Made by a program: the position numbers and the translations under genes. This document shows positions 37,446-46,630 of a DNA stretch of 64,000 bases, piece by piece. Position 1 is the stretch's first letter. Each line of letters starts with the position of its first letter. The notes under the pieces are model-generated. The model worked only from the letters and a program-made list of their open reading frames with translations, was not told the DNA's origin and did not search any database. Source of the DNA: Bacteroidota bacterium (GTDB taxonomy: Bacteria > Bacteroidota > Bacteroidia > Flavobacteriales > JADGDT01); contig JBDLJM010000003.1 of assembly GCA_039714315.1 (NCBI GenBank), positions 2,692-66,691 on the forward strand. The letters run 5' to 3'.

Positions 37446-39725
37446 ATGCGAAATTTTATAGTTAAAACAATACTATATATAACAATAATTGTTTCCTTAC
37501 TGGTAGCAGGCCTATATGGCCTCGCAATTGGCGATGTGTTTGGTCACATTCCGGATAATGATGAGCTCCGTGATTTAAGACTTAATCTCGCCAGTGAAAT
37601 TTGGTCGGCTGACGGAAAATTAATTGGAAAGTCCTTTATTCAGGATAGAAGCGAATCAACTTTTGAAGATTATCCTAAAAGTCTTGTAAATGCACTTGTA
37701 GCAACAGAAGACTCTAGGTTTTACGAACATAACGGAGTTGATTATATAAGTTTAATTAGAGTTGTTTTCAAAACTATTTTACTTCAGGACAAAAGCGCAG
37801 GAGGAGGAAGTACGCTAACACAACAGGTAGCGAAAAATTATTTTGGCAGAAAATCTTATGGCATTCTTACCATTCCTATAATAAAGGTAAAAGAACACAT
37901 TTTGGCAATCAGAATGGAAGATGTGTACTCGAAAAATGAAATAATTGAACTCTACCTGAATACAGTCCCTTTTGGAGAAGGTTTATATGGAATACAGTCG
38001 GCTTCTAAACGATTCTTCAATAAAAATATTGAAAATTTAAAAACGGAGGAGGCCGCAGTTTTAGTTGGAATGCTGAAAGCAAACACCGGCTATAATCCAA
38101 GACTGAACCCTGAAAGGTCATTAGAACGCAGGAATACTGTGCTGGGTCAGATGTTGAAAAACGATTATTTAAATCAAAAAGAATTTGAAGATCTTAAAAA
38201 GAAAAAATTAGTTCTAAACTACAACTCCAGAGAAAAATATGATCCTGCCGGGTATTTTACCCGAAGAGTAAAGAGTGAAGCTGAAAAAATCCTGGAAGAC
38301 ATAAAAAAAGATGATAATACACACTACAATTTAGAAACCGATGGTCTACAAATAAAGACTACACTAAATTTCAGCATCCAACAAAAAGCTTTTGAAGCTT
38401 TATTAACTCATCTTGCCTATCAACAAAAACAGTTCGACAAGGAATGGAAATACCTGAGAGCTAAATCTACTTATAAAAATATTATCAGTGGTGAGTTAGA
38501 AAAAACTACAACTTACAAGGCTTTGCACAGCAATGAATCGCTTAGTAAAAAAGCCATTTCGGTTTCTTTAAAGCAGAAAAAGCCAACTCTGGTTTTTGAA
38601 TCTAAAAAGTATGCTGTCAAGAATATGACTTTGCAAGATTCTGTAGAACACTACCTCAAAATGCTCCATGGAGCTATTGTTTCAATAGACCCCAAAAGCG
38701 GAGCTGTTTTAGCATATATAGGAGGTAAAAATAGCAATTCCCTACCCTATGACCTGGTTTACGCTAAAAGACAAATGGCATCAACTTTCAAACCTTTTGT
38801 TTATGCTTCTGCCCTGAATCAGGGATGGAAACCATGTGACTATATCGATAACTCTCAAAAAACATATACCGATCACGATAACTGGACTCCAAAAAATTCA
38901 GACAATAAATACGACGGTTATTACTCGATGAAAGGAGCCTTAACGAATTCTGTTAATGTAGCCACAGTTGCAACATACTTCAGAGCCGGAGAAGAAAATG
39001 TAAACGAGCTGGTAAATAAAGTAGGTCTAAGTGATGAAGATCTTCCTGATTTTCCTTCTGTTGCATTAGGTGTTGAAAGTTCAAATCTTATGAGAATGAC
39101 ATCTGCATATGATATTTTTGCAATTGACGGTAAACACAGAGAAACATACATCATCGAAAGTATCAGCGACAGAAATGGAAAGCTGATTTATAAACATCAG
39201 GCAACGGAGCCTGTTGAAATATTATCAAAAGAAGAACAGGAATTAATGGCTATTATGCTTCGATCGGTAATCGACAACGGAACCGGGAGAAGCCTTAGAA
39301 GTGTTTATAAAGTTAATTCTGAATTTGCCGGAAAAACGGGTACAGCCCAAAACTATTCTGATGCATGGTTTATAGCTTTTAATCCAAATATTATTGTTGG
39401 TGTATGGTCAGGTTTCTTTAACCCAAACATTCACTTTCAGGGAGCTAACGGCTATGGTTCGAAAGCGGCATTACCGGTCTTTGCAAAATTGATTAATAAA
39501 ATGGATAAAGACAAAAAACTCCGGAAATACACAAGAGCTGTCTTTCCTCCTACATCTGATAAAACAGAATTTCTACTTGATTGTCCTGACTATAAAGAAG
39601 ATAATTTTTTCGATCGTAATTTCAAGTTTTTGGAGAAAAACAAAACCTCAACTGAAAGAGAAAAGAAAAAGGTTAAGAACAAAAGTTTTTGGAAAAAAGT
39701 TTTTGGAAAAAAGAAGGAAGAGTGA
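37446..39725 (+). CDS. Class-A penicillin-binding protein (PBP1A-type transglycosylase/transpeptidase)
   Basis: 759 aa. GT51 motifs (EDSRFYEHNGVD, GGSTLTQQ), then transpeptidase STFKP, SVN and KTGT motifs, and a Lys-rich tail. Confidence 0.9.
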   Translation: MRNFIVKTILYITIIVSLLVAGLYGLAIGDVFGHIPDNDELRDLRLNLASEIWSADGKLIGKSFIQDRSESTFEDYPKSLVNALVATEDSRFYEHNGVDYISLIRVVFKTILLQDKSAGGGSTLTQQVAKNYFGRKSYGILTIPIIKVKEHILAIRMEDVYSKNEIIELYLNTVPFGEGLYGIQSASKRFFNKNIENLKTEEAAVLVGMLKANTGYNPRLNPERSLERRNTVLGQMLKNDYLNQKEFEDLKKKKLVLNYNSREKYDPAGYFTRRVKSEAEKILEDIKKDDNTHYNLETDGLQIKTTLNFSIQQKAFEALLTHLAYQQKQFDKEWKYLRAKSTYKNIISGELEKTTTYKALHSNESLSKKAISVSLKQKKPTLVFESKKYAVKNMTLQDSVEHYLKMLHGAIVSIDPKSGAVLAYIGGKNSNSLPYDLVYAKRQMASTFKPFVYASALNQGWKPCDYIDNSQKTYTDHDNWTPKNSDNKYDGYYSMKGALTNSVNVATVATYFRAGEENVNELVNKVGLSDEDLPDFPSVALGVESSNLMRMTSAYDIFAIDGKHRETYIIESISDRNGKLIYKHQATEPVEILSKEEQELMAIMLRSVIDNGTGRSLRSVYKVNSEFAGKTGTAQNYSDAWFIAFNPNIIVGVWSGFFNPNIHFQGANGYGSKAALPVFAKLINKMDKDKKLRKYTRAVFPPTSDKTEFLLDCPDYKEDNFFDRNFKFLEKNKTSTEREKKKVKNKSFWKKVFGKKKEE

Positions 39726-39766
39726 TTTTGAGGAGTTGATGACCGCTACAATTCCAAGATTCTAAT

Positions 39767-39869
39767 CGTCATTCTGACTGAAGCGATAGCAAAACGGAGA
39801 AATCTGTTGTTTGTTACTACTAAACTTCAACAGATGTCTCCACTACATTTCATTTCGGTCGACATGACG
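39767..39869. repeat. REP-like palindromic intergenic element, copy A
   Basis: Outer arms are cgtcat (39767-39772) and atgacg (39864-39869). The inner 14-bp stem ggagaaatctgttg (39796-39809) pairs with caacagatgtctcc (39828-39841) with 1 mismatch. It shares its terminal and core words with 55322-55399 and lies at a convergent gene junction. Confidence 0.65.
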
Positions 39870-39892
39870 TAATTGCCATGAGCAGTATATTA

Positions 39893-40984
39893 TCAAATAG
39901 GTTTATCCCAAACCTTCAGACTGTCACTTTCTGTTACTCCATTTAATATTTCCACATTTATTCCGTCGGAAAGTCCTATCTCTACATCTTTTCGTTCAAA
40001 TTGTCCATCTCCCAGTGCTATTTCAACGTAAGGTGTTTTTTCCTTATCGAACTGTAGCAACGACTCCTTAATAACCAAAACACTATCTCTCTTATCCAGA
40101 ACAATTGAAGCATTTGCTGAATATCCGGACCTTATAAAATAGTCTTCTTTTAATTTTACATCGGCTTCAATCAAAAACTGTACTGCGCCATTCTCTTCTT
40201 CCCCTTTTGGAGCAATTCGCTTTAGCTCAGCGGCAAACTCAACATCTTCTATTGCACCAATAGTTAATATCAGCGACATTCCATTCTTTATTTTACCTAC
40301 TTCAGACTCGTCTACCTTACCTTCAAAGATCATTTTTCCCATATCTGCTATAAAAGCAATTGTAGTTCCTGCGTTAAAATTATTAGACTGGATTACCTGA
40401 TAACCTTTTTTTACAGGGATACTCAACACCATACCGTTAACAGTTGCTTTTATCAGTGTATTAGATGTTTTTGAGAATTTTTTTGCCGATCCTTTTTTTA
40501 CAATATCCAAATTATTTTGTGCAGCCTCATAATCTCTAAGTGCTTTCTTATAATTGTTCTCTATAATCTGAAAATCAGACTCTGAAATAACTTTAGAATT
40601 ATATAATTCATTATTTCTGTCGAAATCTCTTTTTGCATTTTCCAAGGTTAACTTTGTGGTTTCAACCCTTGATTCTGCATTGTTCAGATTAGCCATATCA
40701 GGAATTATTTTTATTTCAGCAATCATGTCTCCTTGCTTCACTATATCCCCTTCTTCAACAAATATCTTAGAAATAATACCTGAGACCTGTGGTTTAATTT
40801 CTATTTCCTCTTCAGGTTTAATAGTTCCTGTGGCAACAGTCTTTTTTACAATATCAGATACGAATGCTTTCTCGGTTCTATATGTTTCAACTTTAGGCTT
40901 CGACTTTTGATACAAAAAGTAAATTGTATATCCGAAAACACCAATAACAATTGCTCCTAGTAAATATTTTACTGCAGTCTTCAT
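39893..40984 (-). CDS. Efflux periplasmic adaptor (HlyD/MacA family)
   Basis: 363 aa with an N-terminal TM anchor and lipoyl/coiled-coil/beta-barrel segments (GTIKPEEEIEIKPQVSGII...). Confidence 0.85.
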   Translation of the reverse strand: MKTAVKYLLGAIVIGVFGYTIYFLYQKSKPKVETYRTEKAFVSDIVKKTVATGTIKPEEEIEIKPQVSGIISKIFVEEGDIVKQGDMIAEIKIIPDMANLNNAESRVETTKLTLENAKRDFDRNNELYNSKVISESDFQIIENNYKKALRDYEAAQNNLDIVKKGSAKKFSKTSNTLIKATVNGMVLSIPVKKGYQVIQSNNFNAGTTIAFIADMGKMIFEGKVDESEVGKIKNGMSLILTIGAIEDVEFAAELKRIAPKGEEENGAVQFLIEADVKLKEDYFIRSGYSANASIVLDKRDSVLVIKESLLQFDKEKTPYVEIALGDGQFERKDVEIGLSDGINVEILNGVTESDSLKVWDKPI

Positions 40985-41009
40985 TTATTATTTTTCTTTA
41001 TTAGTTAAT

Positions 41010-42278
41010 TTATTCATCTCTAAGGGCTTCAATGGGTTTTAATTTTACGGCTCTTTGCGCGGGAACAATGCCCGCAATTGCTCCTGAAAAAATTAAAATT
41101 ATTAAAGCGGTAATTGCTTTATTAAAATCTACTTCCGGTCTTGTAAACATCTGGGCATCTGCTCCTGATTGAATCAGTCCGTAATCTGCTAACTCAATAA
41201 TCCCTACTCCTATAATTAGTCCTATATAACCAGCTATGGTAGTTAAAAAAATTGATTCCATCATTATCTGAATTCGTACATGTTGCGGAGTAGCTCCCAA
41301 TGCTCTTTGAACTCCTATCTCTTTTGTTCTTTCTTTTACAACTATCAACATTATATTACTTACTCCAACAATCCCGGCAAAGAGAGTACCGATTCCAACT
41401 ATCCAGATCAAAGTATCTATTCCAATAAACAAATTCGTCATCTTACTAAATTCCTTTCCCAAATCGAAAGAACCAATGGCTCTGTCGTCATCCGGAGAAA
41501 TAGAGTGCCTATCTTTCATCAAATCCTTAGCCTTCTGTAAAACTTTAGATGCATCAAACTGAGGAAATGTGGTCATCGAATACCATCCTACTCTATTTCC
41601 GTAATTAAACGTTTGCTGAAGTGTTGTAAATGGAATTGTCACCTCCGAGTTCTCTCTTTCCGCCTGATTACCATTCCTTTTTGAACTTTGAACTCCCACT
41701 ACGGTAAAACTAACACCGTTAATTTGAATTACCTCCCCAATTGGATTTTCATCCTGATTAAATAAATCATCCCTTACTTTTATTCCTAATACTGCAACTT
41801 TTCTTTTGGCCTCTATATCATATTTATTAATATACCTTCCCTTCAGAATATTAGACGGATCTATTAAATTGAGTTCAGGGTAATTTCCTAATATTGAATA
41901 ACCGGCAGCCCTCTCTTTTCTGACAACATTACTGTTTCCTTCACGCGCATTAACTCTCAATTGCGGAGCTAAATATTCCAACTCTTTAATATTGGCATAA
42001 AGCGCTTCGGTATCATAATTATTAAACTCCACACGCCTTCCCCTGTCGAATCCTTTGTAAGGTAATGTAGTTGTTTGGCCCCACATAAACATACTGTTGG
42101 TAGACAAATCGCCCATTCCGTTTTTGGCACCATTCTCCAATCCCTTCCCGGCACCCAACATTATCACGAGCATAAATATCCCCCAAAAAACGCCAAAAGC
42201 CGTAAAGAAAGTTCTTAGCTTATTCTTCTTTAAAGAATAAAAAATTTCAGCCCAATTATCTCTGTCAAACAACATCAT
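41010..42278 (-). CDS. MacB/FtsX-type ABC transporter permease
   Basis: 422 aa. TM1, then a large periplasmic domain, then a 3-TM FtsX bundle (VKERTKEIGVQRALGAT). Confidence 0.85.
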   Translation of the reverse strand: MMLFDRDNWAEIFYSLKKNKLRTFFTAFGVFWGIFMLVIMLGAGKGLENGAKNGMGDLSTNSMFMWGQTTTLPYKGFDRGRRVEFNNYDTEALYANIKELEYLAPQLRVNAREGNSNVVRKERAAGYSILGNYPELNLIDPSNILKGRYINKYDIEAKRKVAVLGIKVRDDLFNQDENPIGEVIQINGVSFTVVGVQSSKRNGNQAERENSEVTIPFTTLQQTFNYGNRVGWYSMTTFPQFDASKVLQKAKDLMKDRHSISPDDDRAIGSFDLGKEFSKMTNLFIGIDTLIWIVGIGTLFAGIVGVSNIMLIVVKERTKEIGVQRALGATPQHVRIQIMMESIFLTTIAGYIGLIIGVGIIELADYGLIQSGADAQMFTRPEVDFNKAITALIILIFSGAIAGIVPAQRAVKLKPIEALRDE

Positions 42279-42279
42279 A

Positions 42280-43512
42280 TTACTCGTCTCTTAATGCTAC
42301 AACAGGGTGAACAGAAGCTGCTCTCCTCGCAGGAAAATAACCCGCCACCACTCCTGATAAAATCAAAATTAAAGTAGCAGCCAATGCCACTTGAATATTC
42401 ACTTCAGGCTGTGAAAAATAAGGAGTTTCAGGAGGTATTGCCTTAGATATGGATTCAAGTAGAAGCACACCGGATACCAAGCCTAAATATCCCGCAAATG
42501 CTGTAATAAATACGGCTTCCTGCAGTACCATACTTATAATCGACCACGGTGTTGCACCTAAAGCCTTTCTAATGCCAATTTCCTTAGTCCTCTCTTTCAC
42601 AACGATGGTCATTATATTACTAACACCAACTATTCCCGAAATAATTGTCCCTATACCAATTACCCATATAAAAACCCTTATACCGGCAAAAAGGCTCATC
42701 AGTCTCTGATAATTTTCAATACCGTTGAAAATAAATACAGCTCTTCTATCCTCAGGGTTGAATTTATGTTTTTCACCCAAAGTTTTTTTAATCAACTCAA
42801 CAGTTTCAATACTCTGACGTGTATTTGAATTCCCCAACAAAAGAACTATATTTCCGACATCTTCACCCAAACCATAAATACGCTGGCCTGTACTTGCAGG
42901 GATATATACTCTGGTAAGATCTCTGTCTGAACCGGGATCATCAAATACTCCAACAACTTTAAACAATCCCCCCCCTAAATTGATATACTTTCCTATCGGT
43001 TCTTCATTTTTAAAAAGAGCTTCTTCAACCAGTCTTCCGATTGTTACAACTTTTCTTACTTCTTTTTCATCATTGTCATTCAATGAACGACCTTTCATCA
43101 TTATAATAGCTTCATAATCCTGATTATGTGGTGATACAGAAAAAACTTGAAAAGAACCAAATTGATTTTTATATGAAATAGTACTAATATTTCTAATAAC
43201 TTTTCTGGTAACACTTTCATCAACATTCTTTAATCCGTGCAACAATACCTTGTCGTCATTTTTGAATTGAATCCTTCTCCCCGGCTTCATCCCTTTATAA
43301 GCTTCACTGGTAACACCTGAATTTATAGAAATGTAATTTACAGCATCACCAACAAACTCTTTACTAACTCCATTTTCAAGTCCGTATCCTGAGCCTAATA
43401 AAATAATAAGCATAAATATTCCCCATGCCACAGAAAAACCGGTAAGAATAGTTCTTAACTTATTTTTCTTAATGGTCGAAAATATCTCCTGCCATTTATC
43501 TAAATCAAACAT
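42280..43512 (-). CDS. MacB/FtsX-type ABC transporter permease (paralogue)
   Basis: 410 aa with the same architecture (VKERTKEIGIRKALGAT). Abuts both neighbouring genes. Confidence 0.85.
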   Translation of the reverse strand: MFDLDKWQEIFSTIKKNKLRTILTGFSVAWGIFMLIILLGSGYGLENGVSKEFVGDAVNYISINSGVTSEAYKGMKPGRRIQFKNDDKVLLHGLKNVDESVTRKVIRNISTISYKNQFGSFQVFSVSPHNQDYEAIIMMKGRSLNDNDEKEVRKVVTIGRLVEEALFKNEEPIGKYINLGGGLFKVVGVFDDPGSDRDLTRVYIPASTGQRIYGLGEDVGNIVLLLGNSNTRQSIETVELIKKTLGEKHKFNPEDRRAVFIFNGIENYQRLMSLFAGIRVFIWVIGIGTIISGIVGVSNIMTIVVKERTKEIGIRKALGATPWSIISMVLQEAVFITAFAGYLGLVSGVLLLESISKAIPPETPYFSQPEVNIQVALAATLILILSGVVAGYFPARRAASVHPVVALRDE

Positions 43513-44259
43513 TTATACAGAGCTTGTTTTTATACTTTGACTTGTTAATTCATCAGCCGGTTGATCTATAATAACTCCATCTTTTAAATGGATAATCCTA
43601 TCGCTCATCTCTGCAATATCCTGCTCATGGGTTATTACTACCAGGGTAATTCCTTCTTCATTTATTTCCCTGAAAAGTTTCATCACTTCATGAGATGTAA
43701 TTGAATCCAGTGCCCCCGTTGGTTCATCCGCCAATATTACCTTCGGATTAGTTACCAATGCTCTCGCTATAGCTACTCTCTGTTTTTGTCCACCGGAAAG
43801 TTCTGTAGGTAAATGTTCTTCCCAAGGTCCTAAACCAACCTTCTCAAGATATTTTCTGGCAATTTTTGTCCTTTCGCTACGGGGTACTTTTTTATAGTAT
43901 AGCGGAAGAGCTACATTTTCTAATGCAGTTTTATAACTAATTAAATTAAATGACTGAAATACAAAACCCAAAAATTCATTTCTATATTTTGCTGCTTTAG
44001 CCTCACTAAGCGAAGACATCTTTTTATTATCCAGTGTGAATTCTCCTGAATCCGGTTCGTCAAGAATTCCTAAAATATTAAGTAAGGTGGATTTTCCGGA
44101 ACCGGATGATCCCATAATAGAAACAAATTCACCATTTTTCACATGCAAATCTATTCCCTTAAGAACCTGTAGAGTATTATTTCCCACGGAAAAAGATTTT
44201 TTTATTCCGTTAAGTTTTATCATAACATTCCTAGCATTGTAGTTAGTACCATTATTCAT
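43513..44259 (-). CDS. ABC transporter ATP-binding protein (MacB/LolD-type)
   Basis: 248 aa. Walker A GSSGSGKST, signature LSGGQKQR, Walker B ILADEPT. Confidence 0.92.
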   Translation of the reverse strand: MNNGTNYNARNVMIKLNGIKKSFSVGNNTLQVLKGIDLHVKNGEFVSIMGSSGSGKSTLLNILGILDEPDSGEFTLDNKKMSSLSEAKAAKYRNEFLGFVFQSFNLISYKTALENVALPLYYKKVPRSERTKIARKYLEKVGLGPWEEHLPTELSGGQKQRVAIARALVTNPKVILADEPTGALDSITSHEVMKLFREINEEGITLVVITHEQDIAEMSDRIIHLKDGVIIDQPADELTSQSIKTSSV

Positions 44260-44403
44260 TTCACAATAAAGGCTTACAATTATAAGAAAATAACAGGCTT
44301 TTTACTCACAATATTCTGTTAAAAAGACGAAAATTACAGTGATCATAATTTAAATATTTTCAAGATATTTATCTTAGCAGAAATATTCAGAATTTCAATA
44401 ATT

Positions 44404-44673
44404 ATGGAGCACATAAATATTACGGTAAAAGGTAAAGTACAGGGAGTTTGGTTTAGGCAGTCTACAATGGAAAAAGCGATAGAACTCGGTATTAATGGAT
44501 ATACTATGAATCTAACGAATGGAGATGTTTTTATTGAAGCTGAATCAGATGAAAAAACCTTAAATCTATTTATTGAATGGTGCAAAATTGGGCCTGAAAT
44601 GGCCAATGTTGAAAATGTTAATCTTGCTAAGTCTGATTATAAAGGTTTTAGAAGTTTTCAAATAGTAAAGTAA
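44404..44673 (+). CDS. acyP: Acylphosphatase
   Basis: 89 aa with the signature VKGKVQGVWFRQ plus G.V.N...G.V. Confidence 0.88.
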   Translation: MEHINITVKGKVQGVWFRQSTMEKAIELGINGYTMNLTNGDVFIEAESDEKTLNLFIEWCKIGPEMANVENVNLAKSDYKGFRSFQIVK

Positions 44674-44749
44674 TCTTTATTTAGATTCATTCTAATTTTA
44701 TACTTTTGCTGAGTCAAATAGAAATTAAGACTCAAAAAGAGAAAGAAAA

Positions 44750-45235
44750 ATGAAAATTGCATTTGCCACAGACGATAAAAAAACAATAAGTAAAATAACA
44801 GGAAGAGCAAAATGGTTTGCTTTTTATGATATTGAAAATGGAGATGTTAAAAGCATCGACTATATTGAAAACATCCATGAACATGATGACCACGACCACG
44901 ATCACCATCACGGCCATGATCACAATCACGATCATAATCATGACCACCACCATCACGATGGACATGGACATGGGCACGGACATGGTGAAGGGCACGGACA
45001 CGGTTACGGAAACCATGATGGTAAAGGACACGGCCTTTCTTTAGCTGATGGAAAAGGAGAAAACCACCACAACGGACATGAATATAAAAAAGTCCTGTAT
45101 GAGATTGCCTCACGAAAAGCTCTTTTTATTACACGTCATTTAGGGAAGCAGTTCAGAAAAGGAGTGGAAGAACTCGGTATCGAATATAAAATGATAAAAG
45201 ATGATAGCATCGAAGATGCTATAAAAAACTTATAG
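44750..45235 (+). CDS. NifX/NifB-C (Nitro_FeMo-Co fold)-like protein with a histidine-rich insertion
   Basis: 161 aa. The termini (MKIAFATDD...GRAKWFAFYDIENG; ...FITRHLGKQFRKGVEELGIEY...) resemble the small NifX-like fold. Residues 43-110 contain 27 His in HD/HN/HG dipeptide runs. Confidence 0.65.
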   Translation: MKIAFATDDKKTISKITGRAKWFAFYDIENGDVKSIDYIENIHEHDDHDHDHHHGHDHNHDHNHDHHHHDGHGHGHGHGEGHGHGYGNHDGKGHGLSLADGKGENHHNGHEYKKVLYEIASRKALFITRHLGKQFRKGVEELGIEYKMIKDDSIEDAIKNL

Positions 45236-45248
45236 CATCTGTTTTAAC

Positions 45249-45281
45249 AAAAAAATCCACGATCAATCGTGGTTTTTTTTT
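45249..45281. terminator. Bidirectional terminator
   Basis: Stem ccacgat (45256-45262) pairs with atcgtgg (45265-45271). It is flanked by an A-run and a 10-nt T-run, between convergent genes. Confidence 0.8.
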
Positions 45282-45282
45282 G

Positions 45283-45804
45283 TTATTTTTTACCTTTTAC
45301 TCCATCGTAAAACTTATGCATAAATTCAAAGTCGGTATCTTTATTGCCGGTAGGATAAAAAGGTTTAGAAATTCTTACCTGTTTTTCTCCATAATCAAAA
45401 GCAACCATAATAATTGGAATTTCCGCACCGGAGGCAATCCAATAAAAACCTGTTTTCCACTTTTCAACGTCCGATCTTGTTCCTTCAGGAGCAATAGCCA
45501 AACGAAATTCATCCTCCTGCTTTATAATTTTTATAACCTGATCGACCTGATTATGGTTTTTATCTCTTTTTACAGGATAACCGCCGAGACCTCTAAAAAT
45601 CCATCCCCATGGTGCTTTAAAAAGCATTTCTTTTCCGATAAAATTGATATGAATACCTGCAATGCTCCTGGTCAATAAGCCCAGTATAAAATCCCAATTA
45701 GAAGTATGGGGAACAACTATTACAACATACTTTTTTTGCCCAGGAAACTCACCAACTATCGACCAATTACACTTCTTGAATATCCACTTTGAAAATCCTT
45801 GCAT
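45283..45804 (-). CDS. Small PlsC-family acyltransferase
   Basis: 173 aa with an HxxxxD motif (HTSNWD) and an APEGTR block. Confidence 0.75.
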   Translation of the reverse strand: MQGFSKWIFKKCNWSIVGEFPGQKKYVVIVVPHTSNWDFILGLLTRSIAGIHINFIGKEMLFKAPWGWIFRGLGGYPVKRDKNHNQVDQVIKIIKQEDEFRLAIAPEGTRSDVEKWKTGFYWIASGAEIPIIMVAFDYGEKQVRISKPFYPTGNKDTDFEFMHKFYDGVKGKK

Positions 45805-45849
45805 CAGTATGGTTTTAACATTAATAAATTGGCTCTATTCTATTTTCAA

Positions 45850-46617
45850 TCATAATTCTATCCCAATAGGACAGTGATCGGATCCTAAAATATCATTGAA
45901 AACATATGCATCTTTCAATTTCGGCAATAATACTTCACTTGCTAAAAAATAATCAATTCTCCAGCCAACATTCTTTACTCTTGCTCCTGCTCTATAACTC
46001 CACCAGGTATAAACATCTCTAATTTCGGGATAGAAATGCCTAAAAGTATCTTTCAAGCCGGAGTTTACAAAGTTATCGAGACCATCAATTTCAACCTGTG
46101 TAAAACCTGCTGATTTATTATAGTTTGCTTTTGGTCTCGCTAAATCTATTTCGCTATGCGCTACATTCAGATCGCCACAAACAACTACTGGTTTACTCTT
46201 CTCTAAATCCTTTATAAAAGACAAAAAATCAGCATCCCATTGCTTGCGATATTCTAATCTTGAGAGATCATTCTTCGAGTTTGGAACATAAACATTAATC
46301 AAATAGAAATCATCATATTCCAAAGTTAATATCCTGCCCTCCTGATCGTGCTCTTCAATTCCCATACCTTTCGATACAGAAACAGCTTCTCGTTTAGAGA
46401 GTACTGCAGTACCTGAATAGCCTTTTTTTACAGCAGAGTTTGAATATAAATGATAACCATCCATCTCGAAACTTTTCAGCACCTCAGCAACCTGATCATC
46501 TTGTGCTTTTGTTTCTTGAAAACACAACACATCGGCATTTAAAACCTCAAAAGATTTAAAAAAATCCTTTTTGGCTACAGCTCTGATCCCATTTACATTC
46601 CAGGAAATTAATCGCAT
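45850..46617 (-). CDS. xth: Exodeoxyribonuclease III
   Basis: 255 aa. SWNVNG, QETK, GDLNVAH and SDHCP motifs. Confidence 0.93.
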   Translation of the reverse strand: MRLISWNVNGIRAVAKKDFFKSFEVLNADVLCFQETKAQDDQVAEVLKSFEMDGYHLYSNSAVKKGYSGTAVLSKREAVSVSKGMGIEEHDQEGRILTLEYDDFYLINVYVPNSKNDLSRLEYRKQWDADFLSFIKDLEKSKPVVVCGDLNVAHSEIDLARPKANYNKSAGFTQVEIDGLDNFVNSGLKDTFRHFYPEIRDVYTWWSYRAGARVKNVGWRIDYFLASEVLLPKLKDAYVFNDILGSDHCPIGIEL

Positions 46618-46630
46618 TTTTTATTTATAT

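Noticed and set aside
44732-45113. Track ORFs overlapping the His-rich gene (44732-45031 minus, 44817-45044 plus, 44847-45113 minus)
   Set aside because: They are by-products of the CAY/GAY/GGN repeat read in other frames or on the other strand (Met/Val/Ile- or Thr/Met-rich low-complexity strings). The frame with recognisable folded termini is 44750-45235 on the plus strand.
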